Source: a virus
Length of the DNA: 33,353 nt
IMG/VR virus record: IMGVR_UViG_3300045988_174038
Location: 1 to 33,353 of that record
Strand: one strand, 5' to 3'
The translations under genes were made by a program, and so were the position numbers. Below, one piece after another: positions 1 to 7,422 of this stretch. The notes beneath the pieces were generated by a model. That model saw only the letters and a program-made list of their open reading frames with translations. It was not told where the DNA came from and did no database searches. Positions within the stretch are counted from its first letter, which is position 1. The number at the start of each line of letters is the position of its first letter.

Positions 1-64
1 AGAAGATAATTGCGCCGAAACACGGGAAAGATTGCTTGCGCAGTTTTTGGAGCGGTTTAACCCT
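1..64. repeat. Terminal direct repeat = circular-closure overlap (identical to 33290-33353)
   Basis: Read directly: the first 64 nt (agaagataattgcgcc...gcggtttaaccct) recur exactly as the last 64 nt of the window, implying a 33,289-bp circular or circularly permuted unit. Confidence 0.95.
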
Positions 65-220
65 AATAATTTTTGCCAAGTAATGGCGTATAAGATACTA
101 CAAAGCAACATTGTGTGTGACGATTGCCTAGACCCTAAGACGGAACGCCTAAAAGCTTTGGGGATAACGGCTGCCCCTAAGTACGTGAAAGCCAAGAAAA
201 AAACTTTCAAAAAGTTGTGA
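1..220 (+). CDS. 3' part of a truncated SAM-dependent methyltransferase-like gene (continues from ATG 33039; 5'-partial in this linearisation)
   Basis: Frame 2 is open from nt 2 to TGA 218-220. It is the in-frame continuation of the ORF starting at 33039 once the 64-nt overlap is collapsed (156 aa in total). Confidence 0.7.
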   Translation, partial: EDNCAETRERLLAQFLERFNPNNFCQVMAYKILQSNIVCDDCLDPKTERLKALGITAAPKYVKAKKKTFKKL

Positions 221-227
221 AAAACAG

Positions 228-256
228 TTGACAACAGCCTACGCAAGTAGTATAAT
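228..256 (+). promoter_or_regulatory. Sigma-70/SigA-type promoter P1 (TTGACA-17-TATAAT)
   Basis: TTGACA 228-233, 17-nt spacer, TATAAT 251-256. Upstream A-tracts at 197-203, 209-213 and 220-224 are about one helical turn apart. Followed by AAAGGAG (287-293) and ATG 303. Confidence 0.75.
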
Positions 257-302
257 AAGGGTGTAATCAAGAACGGGACACACCCGAAAGGAGAATATTG
301 AA

Positions 303-596
303 ATGTTGGTAAAGTACGAATTGAAACACGGAACGGTAGAAGCGGAAATTACGAGAGCGCAAGTGTTGGAATACGTGGCAAGCGATATTGTGTTTTGGAG
401 CGAAATGATAAAGACGGATAAGTTTTCCAAAGAGCAACAACAGCTTGTCGTTACGGCGATAATGACGGGACTTGAAAAGCTCGGTGGCGACGAAGAAGAA
501 ATTTGCAAAGCAATCGGTATTGACACCGACGAAATGCGTTTGGAACTTGCAAAGGACGTGTTGAGTGAAGAAGATTTTGCCGATTTGGCGGAGTGA
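303..596 (+). CDS. Hypothetical early protein, 97 aa, acidic
   Basis: ATG 303 lies 9 nt after AAAGGAG. It is the first gene after P1. The protein is rich in D/E (..GGDEEEICKAIGIDTDEMRLELAKDVLSEEDFADLAE). No family recognised. Confidence 0.75.
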   Translation: MLVKYELKHGTVEAEITRAQVLEYVASDIVFWSEMIKTDKFSKEQQQLVVTAIMTGLEKLGGDEEEICKAIGIDTDEMRLELAKDVLSEEDFADLAE

Positions 597-606
597 GGTA
601 AGGAAA

Positions 607-792
607 ATGTCGGAGTTATTGAAGAAACTGAAACGTTACAATTACGCTCACGATTGGCTTGAAGCACAAGGCTTTGAGCCTGTGAGTGCGTATGGCAAGT
701 ACGTGCTTATTACGGTAGACGGCGAACTGAAAGACTATAAGGACTTTGCGGAAGCGGCGGAAGCGCAGGGGTGGAAGTATGAGAGAGATTAA
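607..792 (+). CDS. Hypothetical protein, 61 aa
   Basis: Internal ATG 607 of track ORF 565-792, preceded by GAGGTAAGGA. No family recognised. Confidence 0.6.
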   Translation: MSELLKKLKRYNYAHDWLEAQGFEPVSAYGKYVLITVDGELKDYKDFAEAAEAQGWKYERD

Positions 793-1129
793 ATTCCGTG
801 GTAAATCTAAAACTACGGGCGAGTGGGTATACGGCGACCTCGTGCGATTGCAAGACGGCGAAAACACGATAACGGCAATCTACTACAAAGGCGAAGTTGA
901 ACCGAAGTCTGTCGGACAATTCACAGGGTTTACCGATAAGAACGGCAAAGAGATTTACGAGGGTGACATTTTAGAAAACTACGACCAAGCGTTGGTGACA
1001 TTCCGTGACGGCACGTGGAAGTTGGACTGGCTAACAGGGTACACGGCGAACGACTTGAACGAGGGTTTTGACGAAACAATGGAAGTTGCAGGAAATGCGT
1101 TCGATTGGGGGATAGATTATGACAAATAA
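779..1129 (+). CDS. YopX-family phage protein
   Basis: ATG 779 gives MREIKFRGKSKTTGEWVYGDL....QFTGFTDKNGKEIYEGDIL, the hallmark N-terminal and central motifs of YopX-domain phage proteins. Confidence 0.85.
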   Translation: MREIKFRGKSKTTGEWVYGDLVRLQDGENTITAIYYKGEVEPKSVGQFTGFTDKNGKEIYEGDILENYDQALVTFRDGTWKLDWLTGYTANDLNEGFDETMEVAGNAFDWGIDYDK

Positions 1130-1484
1130 AGACTACAAGCGACTGACAACATGGAACGAAGAATTACAAAGACCGTGTATGAGTGCCGATAGTAGCAACG
1201 AACAGACGGTCGATATTGTAGCAAGACACGTTGACCGTCTATTCGAGTTAGAAAACGCAATCGAGAACGGCACGTTGGTGTTTCTGCCGTGTAAGGTGGG
1301 ACAAAAATTTTGGTGGATAAGTGGTTGGAATTTTCAAGAAATAATTGAACAAAAAGTTTCCGCTATTAGAGTTGAAAACTTGAGATTTGTTATTTACGAC
1401 GAGGACGATACGAGGTGGCTTTTAGGCGAAATTTATTTCACCAAAGAAGCAGCCGAAAAAGCGTTGGAGGAAATGAAGAAATGA
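1119..1484 (+). CDS. Hypothetical phage protein, 121 aa
   Basis: ATG 1119 overlaps the end of the YopX gene. ORF taken from the track. No family recognised. Confidence 0.7.
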   Translation: MTNKDYKRLTTWNEELQRPCMSADSSNEQTVDIVARHVDRLFELENAIENGTLVFLPCKVGQKFWWISGWNFQEIIEQKVSAIRVENLRFVIYDEDDTRWLLGEIYFTKEAAEKALEEMKK

Positions 1485-1735
1485 CAACAGCAGAGCAAGC
1501 AAGAAAAATGGCAACCTCGTTCAAAGCACAAAAGCGACTTATAAATCGAGAGTTAAAAATCATAAATAAATACATCAAACAAGCCGCACGAAGAGGGGGA
1601 ACATCTATTTCTTATGCGACTGGTTTCTACAATTATAAAAAAGATATTATGAAGAAATTACAAGAAGCCGGGTATCGTGTTCGAGATGGTTACGGTCGGG
1701 ATGTTATAGAAATTGATTGGAGCGAAACAAAATGA
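1481..1735 (+). CDS. Hypothetical protein, 84 aa, basic
   Basis: ATG 1481 forms an ATGA overlap with the previous stop. It is the internal start of track ORF 1415-1735 (MTTAEQARKM...). Confidence 0.7.
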   Translation: MTTAEQARKMATSFKAQKRLINRELKIINKYIKQAARRGGTSISYATGFYNYKKDIMKKLQEAGYRVRDGYGRDVIEIDWSETK

Positions 1736-1839
1736 GAAAGTTTGCAGTGGTAGAAAAACAATTCCAATATAAAGGACACGATTGTATTTGCGTTTTTAAT
1801 CGTATGAAGATAGATGGAATGGTTTTAGACTATGGTTGA
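1732..1839 (+). CDS. Possible small ORF, 35 aa (MRKFAVVEKQFQYKGHDCICVF...)
   Basis: ATG 1732 forms an ATGA overlap with the upstream stop, and TGA is at 1837-1839. The ORF is below the 60-aa track cut-off and fills an otherwise empty 160-nt gap. Confidence 0.35.
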   Translation: MRKFAVVEKQFQYKGHDCICVFNRMKIDGMVLDYG

Positions 1840-1895
1840 AAGACGGGTTCTATAAAGATTTTGACCGTGATTGTACATGGGAGGTAGTGTGATAA

Positions 1896-2093
1896 ATGAC
1901 TAATCGAGAATGGCTACAAACATTGACCGACGAAGAGTTTGCAAAGTGGCATGTAGAAATCGGGTGTGGAAGTTGTGCGTATAATCCCGAAAAATGTTTT
2001 TGTAATAACCTTAGTGACATTGCATCGTTTGAAAAAGACTGTTGTGTTGATGGTACGGAAAAGTGGCTTAACGCCGAACATAAGGAGAAGTAA
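1896..2093 (+). CDS. Small Cys-rich protein, 65 aa
   Basis: ATG 1896 follows GGGAGG. Seven Cys lie in ..EIGCGSCAYNPEKCFCNN...KDCCVDG, a possible metal-binding cluster. Confidence 0.65.
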   Translation: MTNREWLQTLTDEEFAKWHVEIGCGSCAYNPEKCFCNNLSDIASFEKDCCVDGTEKWLNAEHKEK

Positions 2094-2094
2094 A

Positions 2095-2298
2095 ATGATA
2101 GAACTAAAAGAAGTACGAAAAGAAGAAAAAAGCAAAAAGCGGATGTTGTACCGCCTAATGAAAGCAGGTAAGATAAGATGCTTTTACGGCGAGGACGGCG
2201 CATATATGTACGACGTTGCCGAATACGAAGCGTGGGCGAAAATGCACAAAAAATACGGGCATTGCCAAAGGAGCGAGAACAATGGGGAACAAAAGTAA
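2095..2298 (+). CDS. Small basic protein, 67 aa; possible excisionase/MerR-like HTH (weak)
   Basis: ATG 2095 follows AAGGAGAAG. The segment ..RMLYRLMKAGKIRCFYGEDGAYMYDVAEYEAW.. resembles excisionase-type DNA-binding folds. The functional call is tentative. Confidence 0.55.
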   Translation: MIELKEVRKEEKSKKRMLYRLMKAGKIRCFYGEDGAYMYDVAEYEAWAKMHKKYGHCQRSENNGEQK

Positions 2299-2524
2299 AC
2301 GCAATACGTTAGCTTCGAGAGCACTCGGAGCGCAAGTTGAGGTTTTGAACTTACGGCGAGAATTGTTGCAAACCAAAAGCGACATGGCGATAATCAGCAA
2401 GGCGTTTATTGACTATGTGGCTAATGCGGAAAAGAAAAGCGGAGCGGAAGCGCTCGAAAAAGTGAACGCTGTGATTGCCGACACGGTAAAGGAGTTAAAC
2501 GATGATAAAAACAATTGCGATTGA
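2282..2524 (+). CDS. Hypothetical protein, 80 aa
   Basis: ATG 2282 follows AAAGGAG. It is the internal start of track ORF 2216-2524. Confidence 0.6.
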   Translation: MGNKSKRNTLASRALGAQVEVLNLRRELLQTKSDMAIISKAFIDYVANAEKKSGAEALEKVNAVIADTVKELNDDKNNCD

Positions 2525-2858
2525 TGTTGCGAAAGATATTGTTGTGTGCGAAATCGACTACGACACATACAACACCATCTCACGTCAAGTTGCGAAAGTC
2601 GCCTATATGAAAAAGCACCTTGACCGTAGAAAACAGGAAGTAAAAACATTACAAGCAAAGTTGGCGAAGCGGAAAGTACAAATGAAAGAAATGTTGTCGA
2701 TTATAAACAACGATGAAGGAAACGCAGAAAATGCGATGTTGAAAGCGCAAATAGAACAATACGAAGATACAATAGAGGAACGAGACAATCAAATCTCGCT
2801 CCTATATGCGGTAATAGCGAGGTTAAAAGGCGATGAAACGGAAAATAACGGCGATTAG
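2502..2858 (+). CDS. Hypothetical coiled-coil protein, 118 aa
   Basis: ATG 2502 follows AAAGGAG. The protein has heptad-like K/E/Q-rich sequence. Confidence 0.65.
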   Translation: MIKTIAIDVAKDIVVCEIDYDTYNTISRQVAKVAYMKKHLDRRKQEVKTLQAKLAKRKVQMKEMLSIINNDEGNAENAMLKAQIEQYEDTIEERDNQISLLYAVIARLKGDETENNGD

Positions 2859-3150
2859 TATAGTGGTGGTGTGTTTGTGCGTGCTTATGTGTTTGACGGC
2901 TTGTGGCGCAAATGTGGGCGTTGAAACCGTAAGTGCTGACGAAAAGAAAGAAATTGAGATTGTCGCAAACGACAAAATAACGATAACTGTACAAGAGTTG
3001 ACCTATGACGGTTGGCGCATAACGGAAACGGTACAATCGGTGAAGTGGTCGGAGAACGGCGCATTGCTGACAATAACCTACGCAAACGGTACCACTGTAA
3101 TCACATCGGCGAACAACTACATCGTAAAAATTTATGCAAACGAAAATTAA
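2833..3150 (+). CDS. Putative secreted lipoprotein, 105 aa
   Basis: The N-terminus MKRKITAISIVVVCLCVLMCLTAC has a basic n-region, a hydrophobic core and a lipobox L-T-A-C. Confidence 0.75.
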   Translation: MKRKITAISIVVVCLCVLMCLTACGANVGVETVSADEKKEIEIVANDKITITVQELTYDGWRITETVQSVKWSENGALLTITYANGTTVITSANNYIVKIYANEN

Positions 3151-3158
3151 AAATAGGG

Positions 3159-3186
3159 TTGACAATACCAAAACGTGTGATACAAT
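3159..3186 (+). promoter_or_regulatory. Promoter P2 (TTGACA-16-TGaTACAAT, extended -10)
   Basis: TTGACA 3159-3164, TG 3178-3179, TACAAT 3181-3186. It lies directly after the lipoprotein stop and is preceded by an A/T-rich stretch. Confidence 0.7.
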
Positions 3187-3192
3187 AGTATT

Positions 3193-3371
3193 GTCAAGAA
3201 GTAGCGATAAGGGACGACCGAACAACGGTACGTTCCTATTGCGCTATTCTCCCCTCTTTTGCGCAGTCGCTATGCTTGGCTGACCTTCCTAATGGGCGGT
3301 TTGCGGAGTTCCGTTGAAAAATTCCGCACCTTTACAAATACAGCCCCCCCCCCGTGGGGAGAGGTGATAAT
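3193..3371 (+). promoter_or_regulatory. Structured ~180-nt 5' leader of the packaging/structural operon
   Basis: No convincing ORF. There is a long imperfect hairpin at 3200-3248 (AGTAGCGATAAGGGACGACCG / CGGTACGTTCCTATTGCGCTATT). A second hairpin pairs TGCGGA 3302-3307 with TCCGCA 3323-3328. C10 lies at 3344-3353. UUCUCCCC (3247-3254) is complementary to the SD GGGGAGAG (3356-3363). Confidence 0.5.
3344..3353 (+). repeat. C10 homopolymer in the P2 leader, 2 nt upstream of the SD
   Basis: Counted directly: cag-CCCCCCCCCC-gtggggagagg. Confidence 0.95.
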
Positions 3372-3944
3372 ATGGAACGTAGGCAAAACGATTGGTCGGA
3401 TGTCGAGAAAGATGACGGCAAGAGCAGTGGCAATATTGGGTTGCCATTTGGACTTTGTGAGAAATACGGCATAAAGCTACCCGAAAACGCAACACCCCGT
3501 GTAGCGTGGGATATGTTGAAAGAAAAGCGTGGTATAGAGCCGCCGTGGACGGACGATGGCGCAAAACAGTGGACGGACGGTAAACCCACCGTGCAACAAA
3601 AAGAGCCGCCACAAACGAAACAAACGGCTTACGACGTAATCGAAAATAAAGAGGGACGATACAAAATACACGGCGAGCTAATAACGGCAAAACCGTACAG
3701 TCTTATTGAAAGTTGGATAAGTGTATCGAAACGTGGTTACGGCTATTATTTTGGCATTGATGTCGGCGGAAAAAAATATTTTGTTTCAATTGACTCCAAA
3801 ACGGCAAATGACCGACGTTGGGTTGAGCCGTCGATATTAGGCTATAAAAATATGAAAGTTAGCGCAAACGGATATATATACGTCGACACGAAAGGGTATG
3901 CTAATTTTGTAATAAAAGATTTGAATAATTTTTCAAAAATCTAA
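3372..3944 (+). CDS. Hypothetical protein, 190 aa (first gene of the P2 operon)
   Basis: ATG 3372 lies 7 nt after GGGGAGAGGTG. It is the internal start of track ORF 3354-3944. No family recognised. Confidence 0.75.
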   Translation: MERRQNDWSDVEKDDGKSSGNIGLPFGLCEKYGIKLPENATPRVAWDMLKEKRGIEPPWTDDGAKQWTDGKPTVQQKEPPQTKQTAYDVIENKEGRYKIHGELITAKPYSLIESWISVSKRGYGYYFGIDVGGKKYFVSIDSKTANDRRWVEPSILGYKNMKVSANGYIYVDTKGYANFVIKDLNNFSKI

Positions 3945-3965
3945 AAATAAAAAGTGGGGGAAAAT

Positions 3966-4538
3966 ATGCAAGTTAAAATGCCGACGGCTGAAATGGTTGA
4001 CATTGCGCTATTAAAGCCGTACAAAAAGAACACAAAGCGACACAATCAAACGCAAATAGACAACGTTGCGGAAAGTATCCGCAAATTCGGGTTCGTGCAG
4101 CCGTTTGTTATCGACAAAAACAATGAAGTTGTAATCGGGCATTGTCGGCTGTTGGCGGCGCAAAAACTCGGCATAACGGAATTGCCGTGCGTTCGGGTAG
4201 ATTATCTGACGGCGGCTCAAGTCAAGGCATTGCGTATTTTGGACAACAAGCTCAACGAGAGCGAGTGGGACTTGGACTTTTTGAACGAGGAATTGCCCGA
4301 AATCGATTTGGCAGGGTTTGACGTAGACTTCCCGAACGATATTAGCGGAGTTATGGATACTCTATTAGAGGACGGTTTTTCGCTTGACAAAGACCTAAGG
4401 GGCGGCGATGACGGTACGTTTGAAATCTCGCTTGCAATACCAAATGAATACGATGAACAAGTACACGAGTTCATAAGAAAGAGTGGTAAAGACCCATTGG
4501 TGGCGTGCGTTTTGGAGGCTTGTAAAAATGGCGATTGA
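3966..4538 (+). CDS. ParB-like N-terminal (ParB/Srx nuclease-type) domain protein
   Basis: The segment ..IALLKPYKKNTKRHNQTQIDNVAESIRKFGFVQPFVIDKNNEVVIGHCRLLAAQKLG.. matches the ParB N-terminal domain pattern found in phage ParB-like proteins. Confidence 0.8.
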   Translation: MQVKMPTAEMVDIALLKPYKKNTKRHNQTQIDNVAESIRKFGFVQPFVIDKNNEVVIGHCRLLAAQKLGITELPCVRVDYLTAAQVKALRILDNKLNESEWDLDFLNEELPEIDLAGFDVDFPNDISGVMDTLLEDGFSLDKDLRGGDDGTFEISLAIPNEYDEQVHEFIRKSGKDPLVACVLEACKNGD

Positions 4539-4764
4539 TTGCGGTAGTCAAATTATTTTGTGCGACTTGCCGATACGCTACGATACGTACACAGGTTGCT
4601 CACACGCTTGCGCTTATTGCTTTGTAAAAAAGAAAAGGGATATATCACAAATTGCGGTTGACGCAAGTATCGATACACTTAAAAAGTTCATAAAGGGCGA
4701 AAGGACACAACAGACACGCTGGTGCGATTGGAATATACCTCTTCACTGGGGGGGGGGCAAGTGA
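4528..4764 (+). CDS. Radical SAM (SplB/COG1533-like) protein, N-terminal fragment ending just after the G10 tract
   Basis: ATG 4528. A CxxxCxxC cluster (CSHACAYC) follows ..YDTYTGCSHACAYCF... The ORF ends ..IPLHWGGGK*, one codon after the G10 tract. Confidence 0.8.
   Translation: MAIDCGSQIILCDLPIRYDTYTGCSHACAYCFVKKKRDISQIAVDASIDTLKKFIKGERTQQTRWCDWNIPLHWGGGK
4748..4757 (+). repeat. G10 homopolymer inside the radical SAM gene
   Basis: Counted directly: cact-GGGGGGGGGG-caagtga. Confidence 0.95.
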
Positions 4765-4810
4765 CCCGTTTCAACCGTTAGAAAAGAAAGCGAGAGCCTC
4801 ATATAGGGCG

Positions 4811-5548
4811 TTGCAAATATTCGCTGAAAGTAAATATCCTTTTGTCGTATCAACGAAAGGTAAGCTAATAGCCGATGATGAGTATTTAGCATTGCTTGAT
4901 AAATGCAACTGCGTAGTTCAAATATCGGCGGCTTGCGGTGAGTACGATAAGCTTGAAAAAGGTGCGCCAACATTCGATGAACGAGTTGAAATAATGAGAA
5001 AGGTCGCTCCGCATTGCAAGCGGCTAATCGTCCGTATTCAGCCCTATGTTGTAGAATGTCACAACAGTATTATGATGCAAAGCCTACAAAGGTTTAAGGA
5101 CGCTGGTGTGTACGGTGTAACTGTTGAGGGAATGAAATTCCAAAGAGCAGTCAAGGGCATGGAAAAATGCGCTGGCGATGTCGTGTATCCGATTGCGATA
5201 CTTAGGTCGAGGTTTTCCGAAATCAAAGAAGAGTGCCACCGTTTAGGTTTGGCGTTTTTCTGCGCCGAGAATAGACTACGCTCAATGGGTGATGACCTAT
5301 GTTGTTGTGGAATCGCGGGTCTTGACGGTTTTACAACAAATAAATTCAATTACAATCATATATTCAATGGTGATTTTGAAAAACCCACCGAGAATATGAA
5401 ACAAAAAGGCACAGCACAATTATTTTCGGCACTATTCCAAAATGCAGGAATTGCGGCGGTACTCCGTAATCGTTCGTTCGTAGAAGCGATGTTGAGCAAT
5501 GATACACGCCGTTGCGCCAGCAAAGTCTTTGGGAGAGTGCGTAAATGA
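4811..5548 (+). CDS. Radical SAM protein, C-terminal part in the +1 frame (frame is open and protein-like from the tract at about 4758)
   Basis: The +1 frame reads SDPFQPLEKKARASYRALQIFAESKYPFVVSTKGKLIADD... immediately after the tract. This is the expected continuation of SplB-like radical SAM proteins. Only a TTG (4811) is available as a separate start. Confidence 0.75.
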   Translation: MQIFAESKYPFVVSTKGKLIADDEYLALLDKCNCVVQISAACGEYDKLEKGAPTFDERVEIMRKVAPHCKRLIVRIQPYVVECHNSIMMQSLQRFKDAGVYGVTVEGMKFQRAVKGMEKCAGDVVYPIAILRSRFSEIKEECHRLGLAFFCAENRLRSMGDDLCCCGIAGLDGFTTNKFNYNHIFNGDFEKPTENMKQKGTAQLFSALFQNAGIAAVLRNRSFVEAMLSNDTRRCASKVFGRVRK

Positions 5549-5745
5549 GTGAAATAAGACGAACAATATCCCTATTGAAACTCTACCGTTCGCAACTAAC
5601 TTCACAGCAGTTCCGCACTTTATGCGGACAAGCGAAGAATGGCGACACGGCAGGAGCGTTAAAAGGGTTAGTAAAATTAACAAGGGGAGTGAGTGAAAAT
5701 GCCGAGAAAACCGAGTGGGATGCCGAATGGGCGACCGCCATGTGA
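5545..5745 (+). CDS. Hypothetical protein, 66 aa
   Basis: ATG 5545 follows GGGAGAG and forms an ATGA overlap with the radical SAM stop. The 3' end overlaps the small terminase start by 47 nt. Confidence 0.5.
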   Translation: MSEIRRTISLLKLYRSQLTSQQFRTLCGQAKNGDTAGALKGLVKLTRGVSENAEKTEWDAEWATAM

Positions 5746-6097
5746 CGGGCATACTCCAAAGGAAAAGGCACGGTTCAAACAGCAGTTCGAAACTTTGTGT
5801 TTCTACCAATGCACCGAGGAAGAAATATGTGGGATACTAGACTGTAATCACGAAACGTTGGGAAGATGGTGTAAAGAAATCTATGGATATGGTTTTTCGC
5901 AGATTTACAAGGTAAAACGCCAAGGTGGCAAAGTTTCGTTGCGCAGACAGCAGTTTGAGATAGCGAAAACGAACGCTACAATGTCTATTTGGTTGGGCAA
6001 ACAATACCTCGGACAAACAGACACGCCTGTTGCGGTGGAGCATTCGGCGTTGGATAAGTTGTGCGACACGATAAGTGCGGCTATTAAAGAAGAATGA
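5699..6097 (+). CDS. terS: Terminase small subunit (HTH-type)
   Basis: ATG 5699 follows GGGGAG. The gene lies immediately upstream of, and overlaps, the large terminase. It has an HTH-like ..EEEICGILDCNHETLGRWCK.. and a C-terminal ..MSIWLGKQYLGQTD.. motif common in small terminases. Confidence 0.65.
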   Translation: MPRKPSGMPNGRPPCDGHTPKEKARFKQQFETLCFYQCTEEEICGILDCNHETLGRWCKEIYGYGFSQIYKVKRQGGKVSLRRQQFEIAKTNATMSIWLGKQYLGQTDTPVAVEHSALDKLCDTISAAIKEE

Positions 6098-7419
6098 ATT
6101 TTACGGGTTTAACGGCGAAACAGAAAGATTATTTGCGCAACGGACATCGGCGTTGGAATATACTCACAGGCGCGACAAGAAGTGGCAAGACGGTAGGTAC
6201 GTTCTTTATGTTGCCACTGCGTATCAAGGAGCATTACAACGACCGAATACTATTTATCGGGAAAACGCTAAACACGATTGACCGCAACATCTTTGACCCA
6301 TTGAGGGAACTGTACGGTTATGACAACATCGGAAAGATAGTCGGCAATCGAGAGATAACGATGTTCGGCAAGAAGTGCTACGTAGTTGGCGCAAATGACG
6401 ACCGTGCTATTACGAAGATACAAGGTGTCGGCATCGGTTACGCATATGGCGACGAGCTAACGACGTGGACGGAAAACTTTTTCCAAATGTTGAAAAGCCG
6501 TCTCGACTTGCCGAACAGCAAATTCGACGGAACGTGCAACCCCGAAAGTCCGAGTCACTTTATCAAGAAACACCTCGACAACAAAGAGTTGGATATTTAT
6601 CAAAGTCATTTTACAATTTACGACAACCCGTTTTTGTCGCCCGAGTTTGTGCGGAATTTGGAGAACGAATACCGCAACACAATTTACTTTGACAAATGGA
6701 TATTGGGCAAGTGGGTAGCTAACGAGGGACTTGTATATCCGCTATTTAGGCGTGAGCGTCACTTTATGACGCCTGCGGAGTTTTCGGCGAAGTTCGGGCG
6801 GTTGCTTATTAAGTACGTGATTTGGGGCGGAGACGGTGCGACTACAAACGACAGTACGGCGATAATACCGCTAGCTATTCTCGAAAACGGAATAGGCGTA
6901 ACGTTGGAGCCGTTCTACCACAACCCACAAACAAACGGTCCGTTGTCAAATGCGCAGTTGATGCCGTACATTGAAGAATACCTTGCCGAAATGGAAGACA
7001 AGTACCACTTCGATAGTAACGGCGTGTTGCACTATATGCCTGTTGACTGTGCGGCGGCAGACCTCGTGTTGACGTTGAGTTACAATCTAGGCGAGAAGTA
7101 CAACGCCACAGCTTACACGAAAAAGAACATACAGTTGACAACGGATGTGGTGAATAACGCATTCGGACGTAACGCCCTATACATTCTAAATTACGGCGGT
7201 TACTACAACTATATTCGACATAGATTTGAACGAGTAGAACATCCGCTAGTGATTGACCTTGAAAGTATGGTTTGGGACAAGCACAACAAAGGGTACGACG
7301 ATAGCGTGCCGAACGATTGCGCCGATGCGTTTCGTTATGCCGTGAACACGTACTACGCAAACCCCGACAGCTTGTGGGAAACACCAAATGCGGAAGAATA
7401 CTACAAGATAGGAGATTGA
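6094..7419 (+). CDS. terL: Terminase large subunit (PBSX/Terminase_3-like)
   Basis: 441 aa. Walker A GATRSGKT lies near the N-terminus. Size and position (terS upstream, portal downstream) fit. Confidence 0.9.
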   Translation: MNFTGLTAKQKDYLRNGHRRWNILTGATRSGKTVGTFFMLPLRIKEHYNDRILFIGKTLNTIDRNIFDPLRELYGYDNIGKIVGNREITMFGKKCYVVGANDDRAITKIQGVGIGYAYGDELTTWTENFFQMLKSRLDLPNSKFDGTCNPESPSHFIKKHLDNKELDIYQSHFTIYDNPFLSPEFVRNLENEYRNTIYFDKWILGKWVANEGLVYPLFRRERHFMTPAEFSAKFGRLLIKYVIWGGDGATTNDSTAIIPLAILENGIGVTLEPFYHNPQTNGPLSNAQLMPYIEEYLAEMEDKYHFDSNGVLHYMPVDCAAADLVLTLSYNLGEKYNATAYTKKNIQLTTDVVNNAFGRNALYILNYGGYYNYIRHRFERVEHPLVIDLESMVWDKHNKGYDDSVPNDCADAFRYAVNTYYANPDSLWETPNAEEYYKIGD

Positions 7420-7422
7420 GCG

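Noticed and set aside
65-82. FNPNNF read as a catalytic NPPY/F motif IV of the methyltransferase-like protein
   Set aside because: The spacing and residues do not fit (D/N/S)-P-P-(Y/F/W), since two Asn replace Pro-Tyr. It is treated as degenerate or absent rather than as evidence of activity.
1840-1895. Possible frameshifted continuation (WLKDGFYKDFDRDCTWEVV) of the 35-aa ORF at 1732-1839
   Set aside because: There is no slippery sequence or homopolymer at the junction, and the extension is short. It cannot be distinguished from chance without homologues.
3259-3474. 71-aa + strand ORF running through the C10 tract into the 3372 gene
   Set aside because: It starts at TTG without an RBS and overlaps the real gene out of frame. 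The upstream part coincides with the RNA hairpins. No tract-length change creates a convincing longer protein: frame 0 has a stop at 3315 and frame 2 stops at 3365.
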